A DNA stretch of 64,000 nt from NCBI GenBank assembly GCA_043228905.1, contig JBHGNT010000016.1, positions 6,510,001 to 6,574,000 of the forward strand, given 5' to 3'. Source of the stretch: Azolla caroliniana. Its lineage: Eukaryota > Plantae > Polypodiophyta. How positions within the stretch are numbered: position 1 is the stretch's first letter; every line of letters starts with the position of its first letter. Shown here in pieces: positions 1 to 13,707 of this stretch. The translations under genes and the position numbers were made by a program. The notes under the pieces are model-generated. The model had not been told where the DNA came from, searched no databases, and was given only the letters and a program-made list of their open reading frames with translations.

Positions 1-1044
1 GTGGTCGGCGGTCGTCTCCTTACCGATCGCGCAAGCCCCGCTTGGGCTTGCTTCTCCGATATCCGGGGTTTCGGGTTGACACGCCCAAAACCGCTGGTCC
101 AACCTATCCGATTCCGAAATCGGTATCTCGGCCTCGTCCTTGGCCATTCTATCTCTGCAAGTCGAGAGGGCGTTTTGTTCCGCACCCTCTCCCATGGTAC
201 TGTCGTACCGATCTTTCGCCATCGCGCGGGGCAAGTCCGTCTCCTCAGTCTTGGCTTGTGGCCTCAATCTTTCCTCTTCCTCGAGCATCGCCTCGAGAGC
301 TGCGTACGCCTCCGCAATCCTGGCCCCAATGCCGACCCTTGCCGACTCTCTTTGCCGTTCGGCCTCTTCCCGCTGTGATGGCACGCCGTCGCGCCCCTTC
401 CTCTTAGCCTTCTTGACTCGCTCGTTGTCTAGCCGTTGGCACACCCTTCCAACCTTTGACCAGTCCTCCGTAAGCCCATTCGCTCCGTCATCGTCTTCGA
501 GCTCAATCCCGATGGCCTCCCGTTCCACTCGGTCGATCGACCTCACGAACAATAGGACTTTGTCTACCCCCACCAAACCTTGTTCCCGCTCCGGGAGCCG
601 AGCAAGCCGTCGCTCGAACTCTTGGAACGCCTTCGTTGCACCCTGGTGGGTCTTTGCCGATGCTACCCACTGGTCGAAGTCGTGCCATCCCCGACTCTTC
701 CGCCGTCCTCCATACGCCTATCGGAGCGCCTCTTCAAAGGCCTCCCACGAACTATGAGCTTCTTGGAGCTCCTTCACTTCCGCGTGCATACGGACGGCGA
801 CAACCTGACAGAAGAACTCAAGCCTCAACGCTTCGTCCACGTCTCGCTCCTCCATCTCCGCGTTGTAGGCTTCCAAGTAAGATGGGACTTTGTCCCCGTT
901 GAAACGACCGACTCTTTCGACCACTCGCTCAACCGCTTGTTGCGTTGCTTCTCGCCTCATCACCACTCGCGCCGACTCCAACACCACTTCGGCCACCATC
1001 ACCGCGAGGTTGTCGTCTTCCGACTCCATCCTCCCTCGCCGCCT

Positions 1045-1062
1045 TTCACGTCAGGTTCACCA
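1045..1062 (-). promoter_or_regulatory. Primer-binding site complementary to tRNA-Trp 3' end (1 mismatch)
   Basis: + strand TTCACGTCAGGTTCACCA vs plant tRNA-Trp 3' end TTCACGTCGGGTTCACCA (recalled, not searched); 4 nt from the LTR edge. Confidence 0.8.
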
Positions 1063-1066
1063 AATA

Positions 1067-1846
1067 TGTCGCGAAGTATCACGCGTGCGTGGAGAAAGGC
1101 GGGACCACGGGGGTCCTGAACTAGGGAGTGATGGAGCATAGGAAGTCGTGCTTCACCCTTTCCGGGGCACCCCAGGAGCACACCGGAAGCAACCGAAGGG
1201 AGAGAGAGAGAGAGAGAGAGCAGGCACGCAACATTGACTCTCGCACGAACATGTACATAAGCAAGAAAGAAACACTAAGACACACACACGCACACCAACA
1301 GAGACCCGAATATGCACAACCAAATGTATATGTATTTACAAGACAACGAGATTCAACACCGACTTCAAACCGGACCTAGGTCGCATGGGATACAACCGTT
1401 GTCTACTGCCAAGCCGCCGGTCGGGGAGCTCTCGGGCTTGTCGCACCGAGCGGGGTCTTGCACAGAGTACAGGGCAGAAAACTGGAACGCTAGATGCCAA
1501 GGCTCGACGCACAGAAGGAGGAGGAAGAAGAAGCAGAGGAGAGCAAGAGAAAGAAAAACCCTAGAACAAGAGAGAGAGAGAGAAAGAGAGAACGTCTCTC
1601 CGTCTAACGATATACCCTACTAATACAAAATGGGCAACCCTTCTACAAGGGACCATCCCTTCCTTTTATAGAACAAGGAGAGGGATGCGTTACAATGTGG
1701 GATAAATCCCGATTTACATGGGATTCTTTGCCCAAACTTAACTCCTATTATTCACACAATTACACGAGGGTGAGTGCACATGGTGCACCCCGCCGATGTA
1801 GCCAATATTTCTCGGTTTCCACATCTGGCCGAAATTCTTCACGACA
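1067..1846 (-). repeat. 5' LTR (780 bp)
   Basis: Termini TGTCGCGAAG...CTTCACGACA, TATA-like box on minus strand, GA tracts; flanked on the right by CCGG. Confidence 0.85.
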
Positions 1847-2124
1847 CCGGTTTGTAACACAACCGGATACCTATAAAAGGATTCAGATATGATGTAACTA
1901 GAGATGGATAATTAATAGAGAAGTGCAGTTATTTTCATATCTTGTTTATCCTGTCACTTCTGTTCTATGCTTAATGATGTTGATCTTACACGTGTAACTA
2001 ATCGATCTGGATAACAATCAGAGAGGATTGGTTCTGTGACGGTCTTCCCATTCCTTACTGTACCACCCCTTTGGTGAAGTGTTCCGGAAGGACACCCTGT
2101 GTTAGTGGCTTGTCCAGCCCAGGA

Positions 2125-2472
2125 TTAACAAACTTGTGGATATCGTTGATGAAAATTGTGGACTATATCAAGTACATTCTTTAAACTCTTGGTTGACTCC
2201 CATGTTGCTTCTAAGTTAGGGCACCCTTTCCATAGCACAAGGAATTGAAGTTGTTGACAAAGGAGGTGAGAGTTGAGTATCCTTTCGACCTCATACTCCT
2301 CTCTTGTAGACAATTTGACTAATGGGGAAGGAGAAGGATCACATCTTGGAATTTGAGATGGATGATGGAGTTTAAGAAGGTATACATGGAAGACATTATG
2401 AATCCTTATTGCAAATAATGTATCAATATGGTCTAACTTTAATGGTTTCACATGTAGACAAGACAATGTCAA
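2125..2472 (-). pseudogene. Degenerate chromovirus integrase C-terminus with chromodomain
   Basis: IHNVFHVYLLK...EEYEVERILNS...QFLVLWKG...ATWE; upstream pol not recognisable. Confidence 0.75.
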
Positions 2473-2499
2473 TAGTGCGATTGACTATATGCAACTACT

Positions 2500-3500
2500 T
2501 TCACATGGTATTTTGGATCACATACACAGATTCTCACTTGGTGAAGGGATATTACAATTCAATAAAGGGACTTTATGTATTGATATCAAATGTATGAAAA
2601 GGTTTGAGTATGAGAAGGGCATTGAATATTATAAACAACCACATTTGAGCATATACCTTAAACAAGCAGCCATGTATGTTAGAAATGACAAAGATACAAC
2701 CTGATGCCACTCAAGAATGCTAATGAGAAGCTTTCATGCTCACCCTTCTTGGATGACATTTGAGAATGACACTTCAATTATCATGCCCGCCAGACAAGTT
2801 CTCATATTTCTTGCAAATTACCCTAATATACACTAAGTACACGATAAGTAAGGATGTTCATCCTCCACTAGGTTTTCAATGCATAGAACTAGGCAATGAT
2901 GAAATAGTATGTTGGTTAAAGAAGAGTCTATATGGCCTAAAATAGGTAATTGATAGTGGTCTAACATTGGAGAAGTCCAAGGATGGTATTTAGGATCTAT
3001 AGTAATAGTTGAGAAAATAGTTTGGTATAAAGGACTTGGAATGGATGAACCAAATCTTGGTGCTGTATTCAATCAACTTGCTCATCCTATTATATGAAGC
3101 TGATGAGTCAATAGATCCACCTATCTCGAGGTGAATAAGTCACCAAAGTGCTCAATTGGTTCAATATGGATGTGTTAAAACATATTAGTAGGCCACAGCC
3201 AACTTATATGAGATTAAAAAAGCATGAACTCCTAGATTTCAAATTTAAATTGGAAGAAATGTGGAAAATTTTGTACCTATCAATGGTTAGAAGCTTGATG
3301 TATGCTATGGTGTACATCACACTCAACATCGTGTTTGTGGTTGCAATTGTAAAATAAATTCCTTTCAAACTCCAACAAAGAGCATTGGCAAGTGGTATAC
3401 TTGTCAAATGGAAGTAGTAACAAGGTGTGTACCTTGGAACAAGCAAAGCAATAATAATTGGATTTTCAAACTCACAATAAGAATTATACATTAGGACATT
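2500..3500 (+). pseudogene. Highly degenerate Ty1/copia RT remnant
   Basis: VCWLKKSLYGLK and YLSMVRSLMYAMVY motifs among many stops; boundaries approximate. Confidence 0.65.
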
Positions 3501-4739
3501 GGGGTATGTTTTCCGATTTGCGGGTAGAATGATATGAAAAAGTTTGATATTTTATTTGAGATTCCATAGAAAAGAATCAGTTTATTTTGTCATTGAAATT
3601 GCACCATTCTGTACTTATGAAGGCTTTATCCAATACCATTTACACCAAGTGGTAATGCATGCTTAGCCTTGGTAGGATGGGAAACCCTAGTATGAGAACA
3701 AATTCCTTTATTCCGTTTCTTGTTGTAGTTCTATATTTTTCGTGCATAAAAGTCATGAGCTCAAATCTCTCAAGTATGCATATGCTACACTCCTCACCCT
3801 AATCTTTTGTATTTCATTTCTTCAACCAAATTCTTGTCCAACTCATCAATCTCTTGACCAAAACCCTAGAGGTTCCACACATGCAAGCACGAACATTCAC
3901 ATGACAATGGAATCTCAAGAACCTACATGCATGCCACCTTTAGCAAGTGGAAGATACAATACAATGTCTTCACATAATTAGAGTGTGAACGGCCTATACA
4001 AACCATGTGTAGATATGGTTCCTACATATAAGTATGTAGGTAGAACTCAACCATGTGTGACCTTTCGATGAGTGGTTGTTGTGAATAGGACAAACAAAGG
4101 AAAAGGCTAGTTGGTTTGACTAGCATGAAATCTTCAAACCTCCAACCCTCACTAGATAAGGAGTAAAAGTAGGGCTTGCAAAAAGTAGTATTGTGATTGA
4201 GTTAGTTAGTTGAGTTGAAAACTAATTCTACTATATTGTGTAACATTTGTATGTCATTCTAATTGTGTAAAATGTACTTTCACATTCTATCATCCCCACA
4301 ATTATATTAGTATTTATAACCCTACAATGATGCCACAACTAAGACCTATCCCCAATACACGAGTAGTGGGACATGTTGAATCACCAATAGACAAAACAAA
4401 CACTCCACCGATGTTGACATGTATATGCCATTGTGGAATGTAGGAGTTGAACCCATAACCTCTTGGTCTCATTGGGTAACCTTACCAGCTAAGCTACATC
4501 CATATGGGCTCTCTTTGTCTCTCCCTAAGTCAATTCAAAGGGAGATTCTATCATTTTATTAGTCTAAATATGCCAAGAGGAGTAAAAGTCAATGATAATG
4601 TGATTGAAAGCCCAAACAATCAAATGCATACTTTGTCAATGGAAAAGATAACAGTTATGTATATCTCATTGCAAGAGATAGTGATGCAAATGCAAAGTGA
4701 AATGTATGCTTGTAAAGAAAAGAAGATATTTCCAAATGT

Positions 4740-6806
4740 AAGAGATGAAAAAGCAAAACTTGTTTAAGCTCAAACCAAAATTGGCATGGGGACAACTCAA
4801 GGGTAAGAAAGAAGATGTGAAAGGTTACTTTACAAATGAAGACATGCTAGAATATGTACAAAGGCTATATATGCATGAAGGTGTGGCTCCTATGGTTGAG
4901 AACATTGAAACACCATGCAATACATGTATCGATATTGATGATGTCAATTAGGGAATAATGAAGATGGAGAGCAGGAAAGCAGTAGATGTAACCTATGTTT
5001 CAAGTGAGCTTTTAAAATGGACAAGGCACATACTTGTGATTGTATAATGACAATTATAAAGCAAGTTATAAAACAAGGTTTTCCAAATGATTGGCTTATG
5101 AATTGGATTAAACCAATCTTTAAAGCTGGAGTTAAGAAAAGTATCAAATTATCGTACAATAATGTGAGCTCAACTATTGCTAAATTATAAAGCACTACTA
5201 TGGAGTAAAAGATAAGCACATGGGTTGAAAGTACAAGCAAAAGAGCACTTGGGCAAGCAGGATTTAGACCAAAACACTCCATCGTGGACCATTTGGTCAC
5301 ATTGAGAGTAATCATGGAAGAGAGTTGAGTACAAGAAAAAACACTTTATTGTTGTTTTGTTGATTTCAAGAAAGCTTTTGATACGGTACCACGAATTGAG
5401 CTTTGGAATAGAATGCTAGAGATTGACATGCCATTAGAGTACCGAGTTGTTGTTGCATGCCTATATGAACAAGTTAAATGCCAATTAAAAATGGATAGTG
5501 GATTCTCAAAGAACTTTTTAAGTAACATGGGGGTCAAGCAAGGATGTCCACTATCACCCACACTCTTTGGCTTATGTATTGATAAATTAGAAGAAGTGGC
5601 GAAAAAGGTTGAGAAGAGAAGAAGGATTGAATGCCCCCAAATTGATGCAATGTGTTATCTTATTGCTTTTATATGCAGATGATGTGGTACTCTTCTCATA
5701 TGATGTTGATAGTATACAACATTTACTTGGGGTATTAGAAGAACTTTGCCATAATAGTGGACTAGTAGTGATTGTGGAGAAAACAAAAATGATGGCAGTG
5801 CAAACCATCCAACCCTATCATTACCCTATGCTCACATAATAGAGGTGAACATATACAATTTGTTCAAAGCTTTAAATATCTTAGTATTGATGTACCCACC
5901 AAAAATAAATGGAGTACATGCATTGAATCTAGGCTTCAAGCCAGTTGGAGATTGTATTACCTTTTGGAGAACCAATGCAACCAAAGCGATACTTGTGGAT
6001 GGGAAGTAAAACTAATGTTGTTCAATGACATGGTAACTCAAGTATTGCTTTATGGAGTAGAAGTATGGGGTGGCACCATCTCTCTTAATGCATGGAATGA
6101 GATTGAGAAATGTCAAAAGATGTTTTTAAGGAGACAATTAGGAGTTACCAGGTTATGCTCTTGGAAACATGTGTTCGGCCCATAGAGATATTGGCACTCC
6201 AAAGGGTATATAGATACATTACAAAAGTTAAGAATATGCATTATGTAATGATTGAGGAAAGGTTGGCGGAATCATTAAGGATGAAATTGGAAGATGCTAA
6301 GAGGACAAAGCTAGAATATTACATTGTAAATGTCAACCCTGAATGTTGGTCTCAATATAAGGCAAGAATGCCTATTGATCATGTCCAACATTATCACATT
6401 ACCAATATGAGTAGTAATGCTCGTAGAGCCCTCACACTACTTCGCACCGGATCTCACAAGTTAGGCATTGAAGTTGCATCATGGTATCAAAATGTAACAA
6501 ATTTGAGGGCATGTAAAGTATTCAATGAAGGTATAGTAGAGGATAAATGTCACTTGCTCTTCACATGCTCGACATTGCTATTGGTTAAAGATATGATGAC
6601 ATATAAGTGGCATACTTAAGACACCGCCTATAAGGTTGAGCTCATATGAGCATGCCTTATTCATGCATGGAGACATTGTTTTTCAATGTATGAATACCCC
6701 TTTTTAGGAAGGGGACACATATCAAGAACACATGTATAGTCTGGTCCCATAACTAAGGTAAAAAATTGGCCTCTTTATGGACGATAAAAATTCTAATTCT
6801 AATTCT
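4740..6806 (+). mobile_element. 5'-truncated, degenerate non-L1 LINE (RTE-X-like)
   Basis: QAGFRP, CFVDFKKAFDTV, GVKQGCPLSPTLF, LLYADD, C-terminal LRTGSHKLGIE...C...EDKCHLLFTC; ends in short AATTCT repeats; clade assignment by motif recall. Confidence 0.75.
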
Positions 6807-8726
6807 CTCTCTCTCTCTCTCTCTCGTGTCCAACCCTGCTACATAACACTTCTTTACGAGAGATCTTTGCATTGTGAGATAGATCCTTGATTAGTTCTAC
6901 GCAAGTAATACAACCTTGGTACATAATGTTTCTATAAAACATTGCAACCAATTCCAACATCCTAGTTATTAGACTTTCATTTTATCTAGAAATTTAGGTT
7001 TCACACCATAATAGTCGACACAATGACATTGTTTTCCTGATGCAATGTAACATGTGGACATCATTAGAAGAAATTACAAATTGTTTTCAACTTTCACATA
7101 TTTAAGCTTGAGTTTCAATCTTGAATGGGAGTATTTTTGTAGCCTAAATAAACTCATGGCGATGATTAATATAAGGATCATGCATTGTCTTTCAGAATTC
7201 ATTTTGAGCTGCTCATAAAAACATCATGAAAACACAAGAATGAAACAGTTCCTACTAGAAACATGCGAGTTAGAATCATGGTGACTTAAACTAACAATAT
7301 TATCTAAATGATGCCAAGAAATATTTAGTTCTAAAAATACAATATTTTTCACTAGATAACGTTGTACTTTTAGCTTTAAAGACCGACAACTTTACCTAGT
7401 GAATATTTTTTCTATACATAATGTTGAACAAAGCATCGTTAAGGTCATCTTTGCCAAAAAACATTTCTATACTAATGAGATACTACCATTACCGCCTAAT
7501 TGTTTAGGCGCCCAACCCGTAAGCGCAACTACAACTCCATCATTGGTGCTAAAAAATATGTTTACTTAAACACTTATCTTAGTGGCATGAAACCATGGTG
7601 TTCCTTGAGAATACTAACAATAATAATCTCACATTATAGCTGGAGGCATCAGACTATGGTGCTCAAAGGTGTTATGGCCTACATTGAAACTTATGTCCTC
7701 AAAGAGAATAAACATTTTCCAATGACCCAATGAGATATTTTCATATTGAGTAGTTTTGACGCATCAATTCCTTGACCAACCTATGGCACTATAAGTGTGC
7801 TAAAAATGATTTTGATACCAAAGAAGGTTACTTTAAATCACATATTTATTGTTGTAACTTTTCTATGGGAGTATCACTCATGTTCCTAATATTTAACTCT
7901 TTATTGTATATTGGTCAAAAGCCTATGTTTGAATGTATGTGAAAGCATCATATCACATTCCTAACTATATGTTATTGATAATATTATCTTCAGTTGCCAA
8001 ATCAAAGTGCCAACTAACTAAATATTGATCAAATGGGCAATGAAAAATACAAATGGTGCCTTTTAGGAAGGGTGGTCATACCAACTTTTAATGATACAAG
8101 TTATTGTGACTAGATACTATTGAGATTGTTTGTAGAAGGAGATGTGTGTTACTTTCTCTATAAAGAGAGGAATGTGGCCAATGAGACCCAACCAATGTGT
8201 TGTATGCTTTCTTGATAAATGAAAATTAACATACAATAAATAGGGACACTAAAGGTAAAATTGTTCATGTTGATGCATGCTAAGCTTTATGAGACATCTC
8301 ATGTCTTATGTTCTATCGTGCTTGTGGAGTCTCGACTTAGGCCTTTGATGCTCCCTAATGATAGCTTAATGTTTGTGCCTCATTATTTTCTTAGATCTTT
8401 CAAAAGTAATCCATTTAACTAATCTCAATTGCCTCAAATATACTCAATTTGGGCTGCATAATTTGTGCGTGTGGCATATTTATATTTAACGTGTTATTTT
8501 GTATACACAAAAAAAGGCTATAATTTGAAACAACCAAACTTTTGTTTGATCAGCAAAAACCCAAACGAGACTTAGGAATCTTTATTGGCATCATGTATCA
8601 CATGGACACATGGGATCGTTACCATCATGTATAACAATGTGAACATCTGATCTTTATGAAATATTGTTTGATCGATCAAAACACAACATAGAGATAGGGG
8701 TTGGAACAAAACCCTAGCGAACAAAA

Positions 8727-8874
8727 TGCACTATCATTTTGTCAACAAAAGTAATGTAACAATGTAGCACTAGCTTATAGTAACATCAGAAGATATTAAC
8801 TTGCACTATCATTTTGTTGACAAAAGTAACACAACAATGTACCACTATCTTATAGTAACATTGTAACATATTAA
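8727..8874. repeat. Two-copy ~75-bp tandem repeat
   Basis: TGCACTATCATTTTGT starts at 8727 and 8802; also present in the duplicate near 56996-57145. Confidence 0.8.
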
Positions 8875-9074
8875 ACGTGAATTCTAATGGAATCGACACT
8901 CTAAGCATTGTCTAACTTCTAGGATCATTATTACATGAGAATAAAAGGATGACCAAACAACTTGTGTTTTCTTATGATTGATATGTCATCAATCATGATC
9001 ACTTCCAATAATACATAGATACCGTAAAGTCTTTTGTTCCATTATGTATATAATGAAAAAGTATGAATACTAAG

Positions 9075-10937
9075 ATATATATATATATATATATATATCC
9101 AAAAAAAACTCCTTCAATTAATTATAAGTTTTTACAAATGAGACAATTATGTACAAATCCCTATAGGGACGCGATAGTTCCATCTTATGTGGATGCCCAC
9201 TGACACAAGAAAGGGAGAGGACAACCATTGTTGGATGAAGGCTATTTCATTGTCTTTCAACTCCATTGGAGCCGCCCTTGAGGCCATCATATTGGCTCTT
9301 TAGAGTGGCTACAATTTCACACCATATCTCTTACAATAACCATGTTGAATGTGCGGTTTGGTTGGAGAAGACCCATCTACACTATTGTTTCCATAAAATC
9401 CAAAGAGTTATTGGGTTGACCTATTCCAACACAACTTGAGATTCGTCATTAAGAGGACTTGAGTGGACATTGCCGCTGGTGGCGAAAAAAACCTCTTGTG
9501 CTTTTATCACCAAAGTCCTCCCCTCTTGATGCTCGTATCTGCCAAATGGGGTCAGCCATGATAGCCAACATATATTTCCCCACTTGATTGAGCCTTGCAC
9601 CTGGCATAATTGCAACAAGCGGCCAACCCCCCGCCATATTTGATGAGACGCTAGGCAGTCCCACAGAGCGTGTCGTATTGATTCTATTGCACTTGGGCAC
9701 ACTACACAATTAGGAGAGCTAAGGTCCCCACGTTGCCATGCTCCCACCGGTAGGGACTTATGTATTAATAGCCATTGGAACGTGGTAATTCACCTCACGT
9801 GTTGTTGTTTCTAGATTTTCTGCCAAAACTTGGTGATAATTGTGGGAGGAACTTGAAATGTTCTCCAGACCTTCACAACAGCCGGTTCTTGGGCATTTTG
9901 AGCAGCTAGAATGTAGCTACCCAATCTAGTTGTGAATTGGAAGAAAGGGATGCGATTGCTTCCTTGCCCCGCATAAGGATCACGCTATGTCCATTGCAAA
10001 GGGTTCCAACTGACCTTACGTAGCCATGTGTTTTCATGAGTACATATGTGCTAATCGGGTTGTACTTTGATCGGATCCTGATCTACAATCCATTTATGAC
10101 CAGTATACCCGAGTACTCGAATTGCGTTATTCTGTGTTGGTGTCTCAGTGTCTCGCAATTCAGAGCCTTCGATCCTGTCTGGTGTTCCCCTACCTCTTGG
10201 GATCAGAGATCCCTCCTCCTCGTGGCCTATCCGTTTCTCCATTGTCGTCCTTAGAGTAGTAGTTTCCCCAGTCAGTAGAGCATTAATGATTTTCGATCTC
10301 ATAGTCCATCCGCCCCTGATTCCATGGAATATATTGGCTTGATCTTGTAGTGGTAGTGACATAAATTGTCACCAACATTCTATACTTTTTCCTAGACCTT
10401 CTGCAATGTATCCCCATAACAACCCCTTACGTGATCCCAGTAGTTGATTAGATTCATCCTTGGTACATGGGTTCCATAGGATACGTTGACTGAGCCAGGC
10501 AGGTTCGGAACTCAGTTGATCACACTTGAGCCCTCATCTAATGTCACACCATGCCTTCCACATGGATGCACTGAATCTATCCTCCAATTGGCGGGAGAAA
10601 CTAGGTTTGAGATCCATGTTTAGAATCCATCCCGTTTGGGGGGCCCAATTGACCCCTTTTCGTGGCCTAAAGTAAGCGAAACGTAACCGTAGTAGCATTT
10701 TTGAACAATCATTTCCTACTTGGAGTCCTTGCACCACAAATTTGGCAAGTACGACTTTTGATTGTGAAAGGGGATTTGTGCCAATTGATCATGGCATTAG
10801 ATCTCTTGCAAAATACGGCTAACCCACTTTCTAGCTTTTGGAGGTTTTCCAAGTCCCCTTGCAGGTAGACCGATGTGTCATCTGCAAATTCTATATCCAG
10901 GATGCTTTGGTGAGAATGAGATACGGGAAGACCACGT
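9075..10937 (-). mobile_element. L1-type LINE, 3' part of ORF2 (RT end, zf-RVT) ending at a (TA)n tract
   Basis: DIEFADDT near 10880; CVVCPSAIESIRHALWDC; (TA)n 9075-9098; frame rejoins 20062 upward when the gypsy insert is removed. Confidence 0.85.
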
Positions 10938-11489
10938 TGTCGCGTTGTTACGCGCGTGCGTGGAGAACAGGGCGGGACCACTGGGGTCTTGGACCGAGGA
11001 ATAGGTGGGGAAAAGAGAGAGAGGGAGAGAGAGACACACTCACACACGGATAGACAAAGAAGCGCGCGGGAACACAGCCCGATCAACACAAGCGACACAA
11101 GTTGGGCCGGAGATAGAGTATAAGAACGTGTATATAAATATATGTATGCAGATGACTCGAACGGTTACAGCCGATCAGGTCGGCGAGACGGGTGTCGACG
11201 CCTGATCACCCACGCACACAGGGGAGCAAGATGGAGATTCTGCCGGAAGCACACGAGCGTTCCACGGAGCAGAATCAGCCTCTCGAGAACCTGCACAAAG
11301 AAAGCTTATGGAGAACGGTAGAGGAGAAGAGCTCGGTCCCAGTCCGACAACACTTCGTCCCCTCTAGCGCGCGATGCCCTTCTCCCCCCGTCTCCCTCTC
11401 CTTTATAGCTCAAGGAGGGAGGCCGTTCACCCGTTCACATCGCATTAATTCTCTGTCCTTTCGGACAGAGATACTCCTCGATTTCCCCT
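10938..11489 (-). repeat. 3' LTR of element A, missing 134 bp at its inner (U3) end
   Basis: Matches 19376-19927 colinearly (552 bp), then switches abruptly to + strand RT sequence. Confidence 0.9.
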
Positions 11490-12654
11490 CGGGGTACGAT
11501 TAGTTCCAACTAGCCGTGGAGAGCAGAGACATTACGACGATGTGGACTCCTCTCGGCCTAGTGCAGATGTGTACCCTGCCACAAGGAGGGATGAACTCGG
11601 TGGCCCACATGGTGAATGCGATGAACAAGGTGCTGAGGGATTGTATCCCGGACATCACCATGCCATTCTTGGACGACATCCCGATCAAGGGATGTCCGGT
11701 GGAGGAAAAGGACGAAATGATCGGACTGGACGGATGCCGGAAATTCGTGGCGACACACATTGACGACTACGAGAGGGTGCTGCAGAGGCTAGAGGACGCG
11801 AGGCTCACCTTCTCCAGGGAGAAATCGGCCTTCGGGCAATCAGAGATCATGGTCGTCGGACATCTATGCGGACCGTATGACCGGAAACCGTCTCCGGTTA
11901 AGGTGGAAGCCATCTCCGCAATGAAGCCCGACTGTAACTCGGTCACGGAGGTACGAAGGTTCTTGGGAGCATGCGCGTTCTACCACATATGGATCCCGCA
12001 TTACGCCCACGTTGCCGAGCCGCTATACGGGTTGCTGAAAAAGGGGCGAAGATTCGAGTGGCGAGACGAGCATACGGAGTTGGTCCGAAAGATGAAGGAG
12101 GCTCTTGCTGCAGCTCCGACACTCCGGAAGGCTGTCTACGAGAAAGGCACTCCCATCTACATAACGGTAGATATAAGTCCGAGCGGAATCGGATGGGTCG
12201 TCAACCAAGAAGATGAGGACGACATTCGGTTCCCAATCCGGTTCGGCGCGAAGGTCCTCAGCGAGCGACAACGAGGATACGCCCAGGTTAAACGCGAACT
12301 CTGGGGTATCGTTTCGGTGGTGAAGGCCGATAAAGACTATCTGATCGGGACGGAGGTGATTATCGAGACGGACTACCTGCCGATTCTCGGCATGGTTTCC
12401 GGATGCGCAACCCCAGACCTGGCAATGCTCAGGTGGATAGCGTACATCAAGTCCCTGGATCCGGAAATACGACACATTTCCGGGAAAGACAATGCCATGG
12501 CCGACATGCTTTCGAGGGCGCGATTCGACGACGAGGGCGGCATGGTTTCGGAGGACGAGGAAGTCGGCGTGGACTTCTTCGAGGCGGCTTACGTAACAAC
12601 CGAGGGGGGGGACACTCCGGCGCTTAACGATTTCAATGAGAGCAAGTACGACGG

Positions 12655-13707
12655 TGTCGTGAAGTACGAAAGCTTCACATTAAAAGTCTACAATAAGATA
12701 AATACGTAATGAAAATAACATTTGATAATGTTTTATATATAAAGAAAATATTAACAACACATATGATAATATTATATATATATAAAGAAAAATAATATAT
12801 ATATATAGATAAATATATTATATTACACGAACAAGACAAGACTTGAACCAATAACCCCACCCTATGACTCTCAAATCTTACCATTTACTCTATACTAGTA
12901 ATATACATAAAATAAAGCATACTTTATATTACATAAAGGATTTGCTTCATGATATAAAAATAAAGTTGTATGTTGTATTCAATAGTATTTTGAAACTCAA
13001 ACCCACAACCTCATACACCAAAGTGAACACACCTACCATTAGGCTATATTTTCATGTTTATTGTTATTGCATATATTGTTTCATACATAAAAGCTCAAAT
13101 GAGCGAGATGTTTATCATGCATCACTACATGCATGACTTGTACCCTCCAATGCATCATATGCATGGGGGCACCTATTTAAATGGTGAAAGAGAAGATCAA
13201 AGGGAGATATGTATGAGATATCAATCAAATTATGTATTTCATAAGAGATACCATAAAAATAGAGAAAGAAGGGAAGAAGTTTAACATAAACGTGGAGCTC
13301 TAGCTTGGTGGTCGTGGTGGTCAACTCTCAACAAGAGGGAGGCGGTTCGAGCCTTATCTTCATCAAAATATATAAGTGAAGATTGTAATGGTCTACGATC
13401 AAGAGAGAGAAGAGCGATTACCTTGCAAGACAAAGTTCGGAGGTTCAACGATGTGCACAATCATTTTGTAACTCTTTCATGAAAATGATTATAAATTTCA
13501 TACACTTTCTCATATATTATTTTATATCTTATCTTGTCTTATCTTATATTCCTTAAAAATCCTATTTTGTCATATCTTATTGATCTCTATTCACTCTATC
13601 TCTACTCTTTCGTCTCTTCCGTCCATAATCCCTGTGATTCCTTCCTCACTTTCACGTTATCCTTTGTGTGCGCAACGCTACGCTTCTAGGCGAGCCACGT
13701 CACGACA
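12655..13707. mobile_element. AT-rich solo LTR (1053 bp) in the RNase H-integrase linker of element B
   Basis: TGTCGTGA...TCACGACA terminal inverted repeat; 4-bp TSD ACGG (12651-12654, 13708-13711); removal restores SKYDGEWLQIG. Confidence 0.9.

Larger units (their letters stand above)
1..1846 (-). mobile_element. Ty3/gypsy non-chromovirus element (tRNA-Trp-primed lineage), 5' LTR + PBS + gag region; continues beyond window start
   Basis: ORF 718..1029(-) resembles the gag N-termini at 19036-19332, 32831-33109 and 60668-61060 (GRFxGxxxxxYLxxYxAEM); PBS and TG..CA LTR directly upstream. Confidence 0.85.

Noticed and set aside
1-1141. Long + strand ORFs opposite gypsy gag/pol (also 17606-18851)
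   Set aside because: Shadow ORFs of GC-rich coding sequence with no recognisable domains
6830-9070. Possible decayed transposase or host gene in AT-rich spacer
   Set aside because: Only short ORFs without supportable motifs; conservation with 55065-57340 is explained by the duplication
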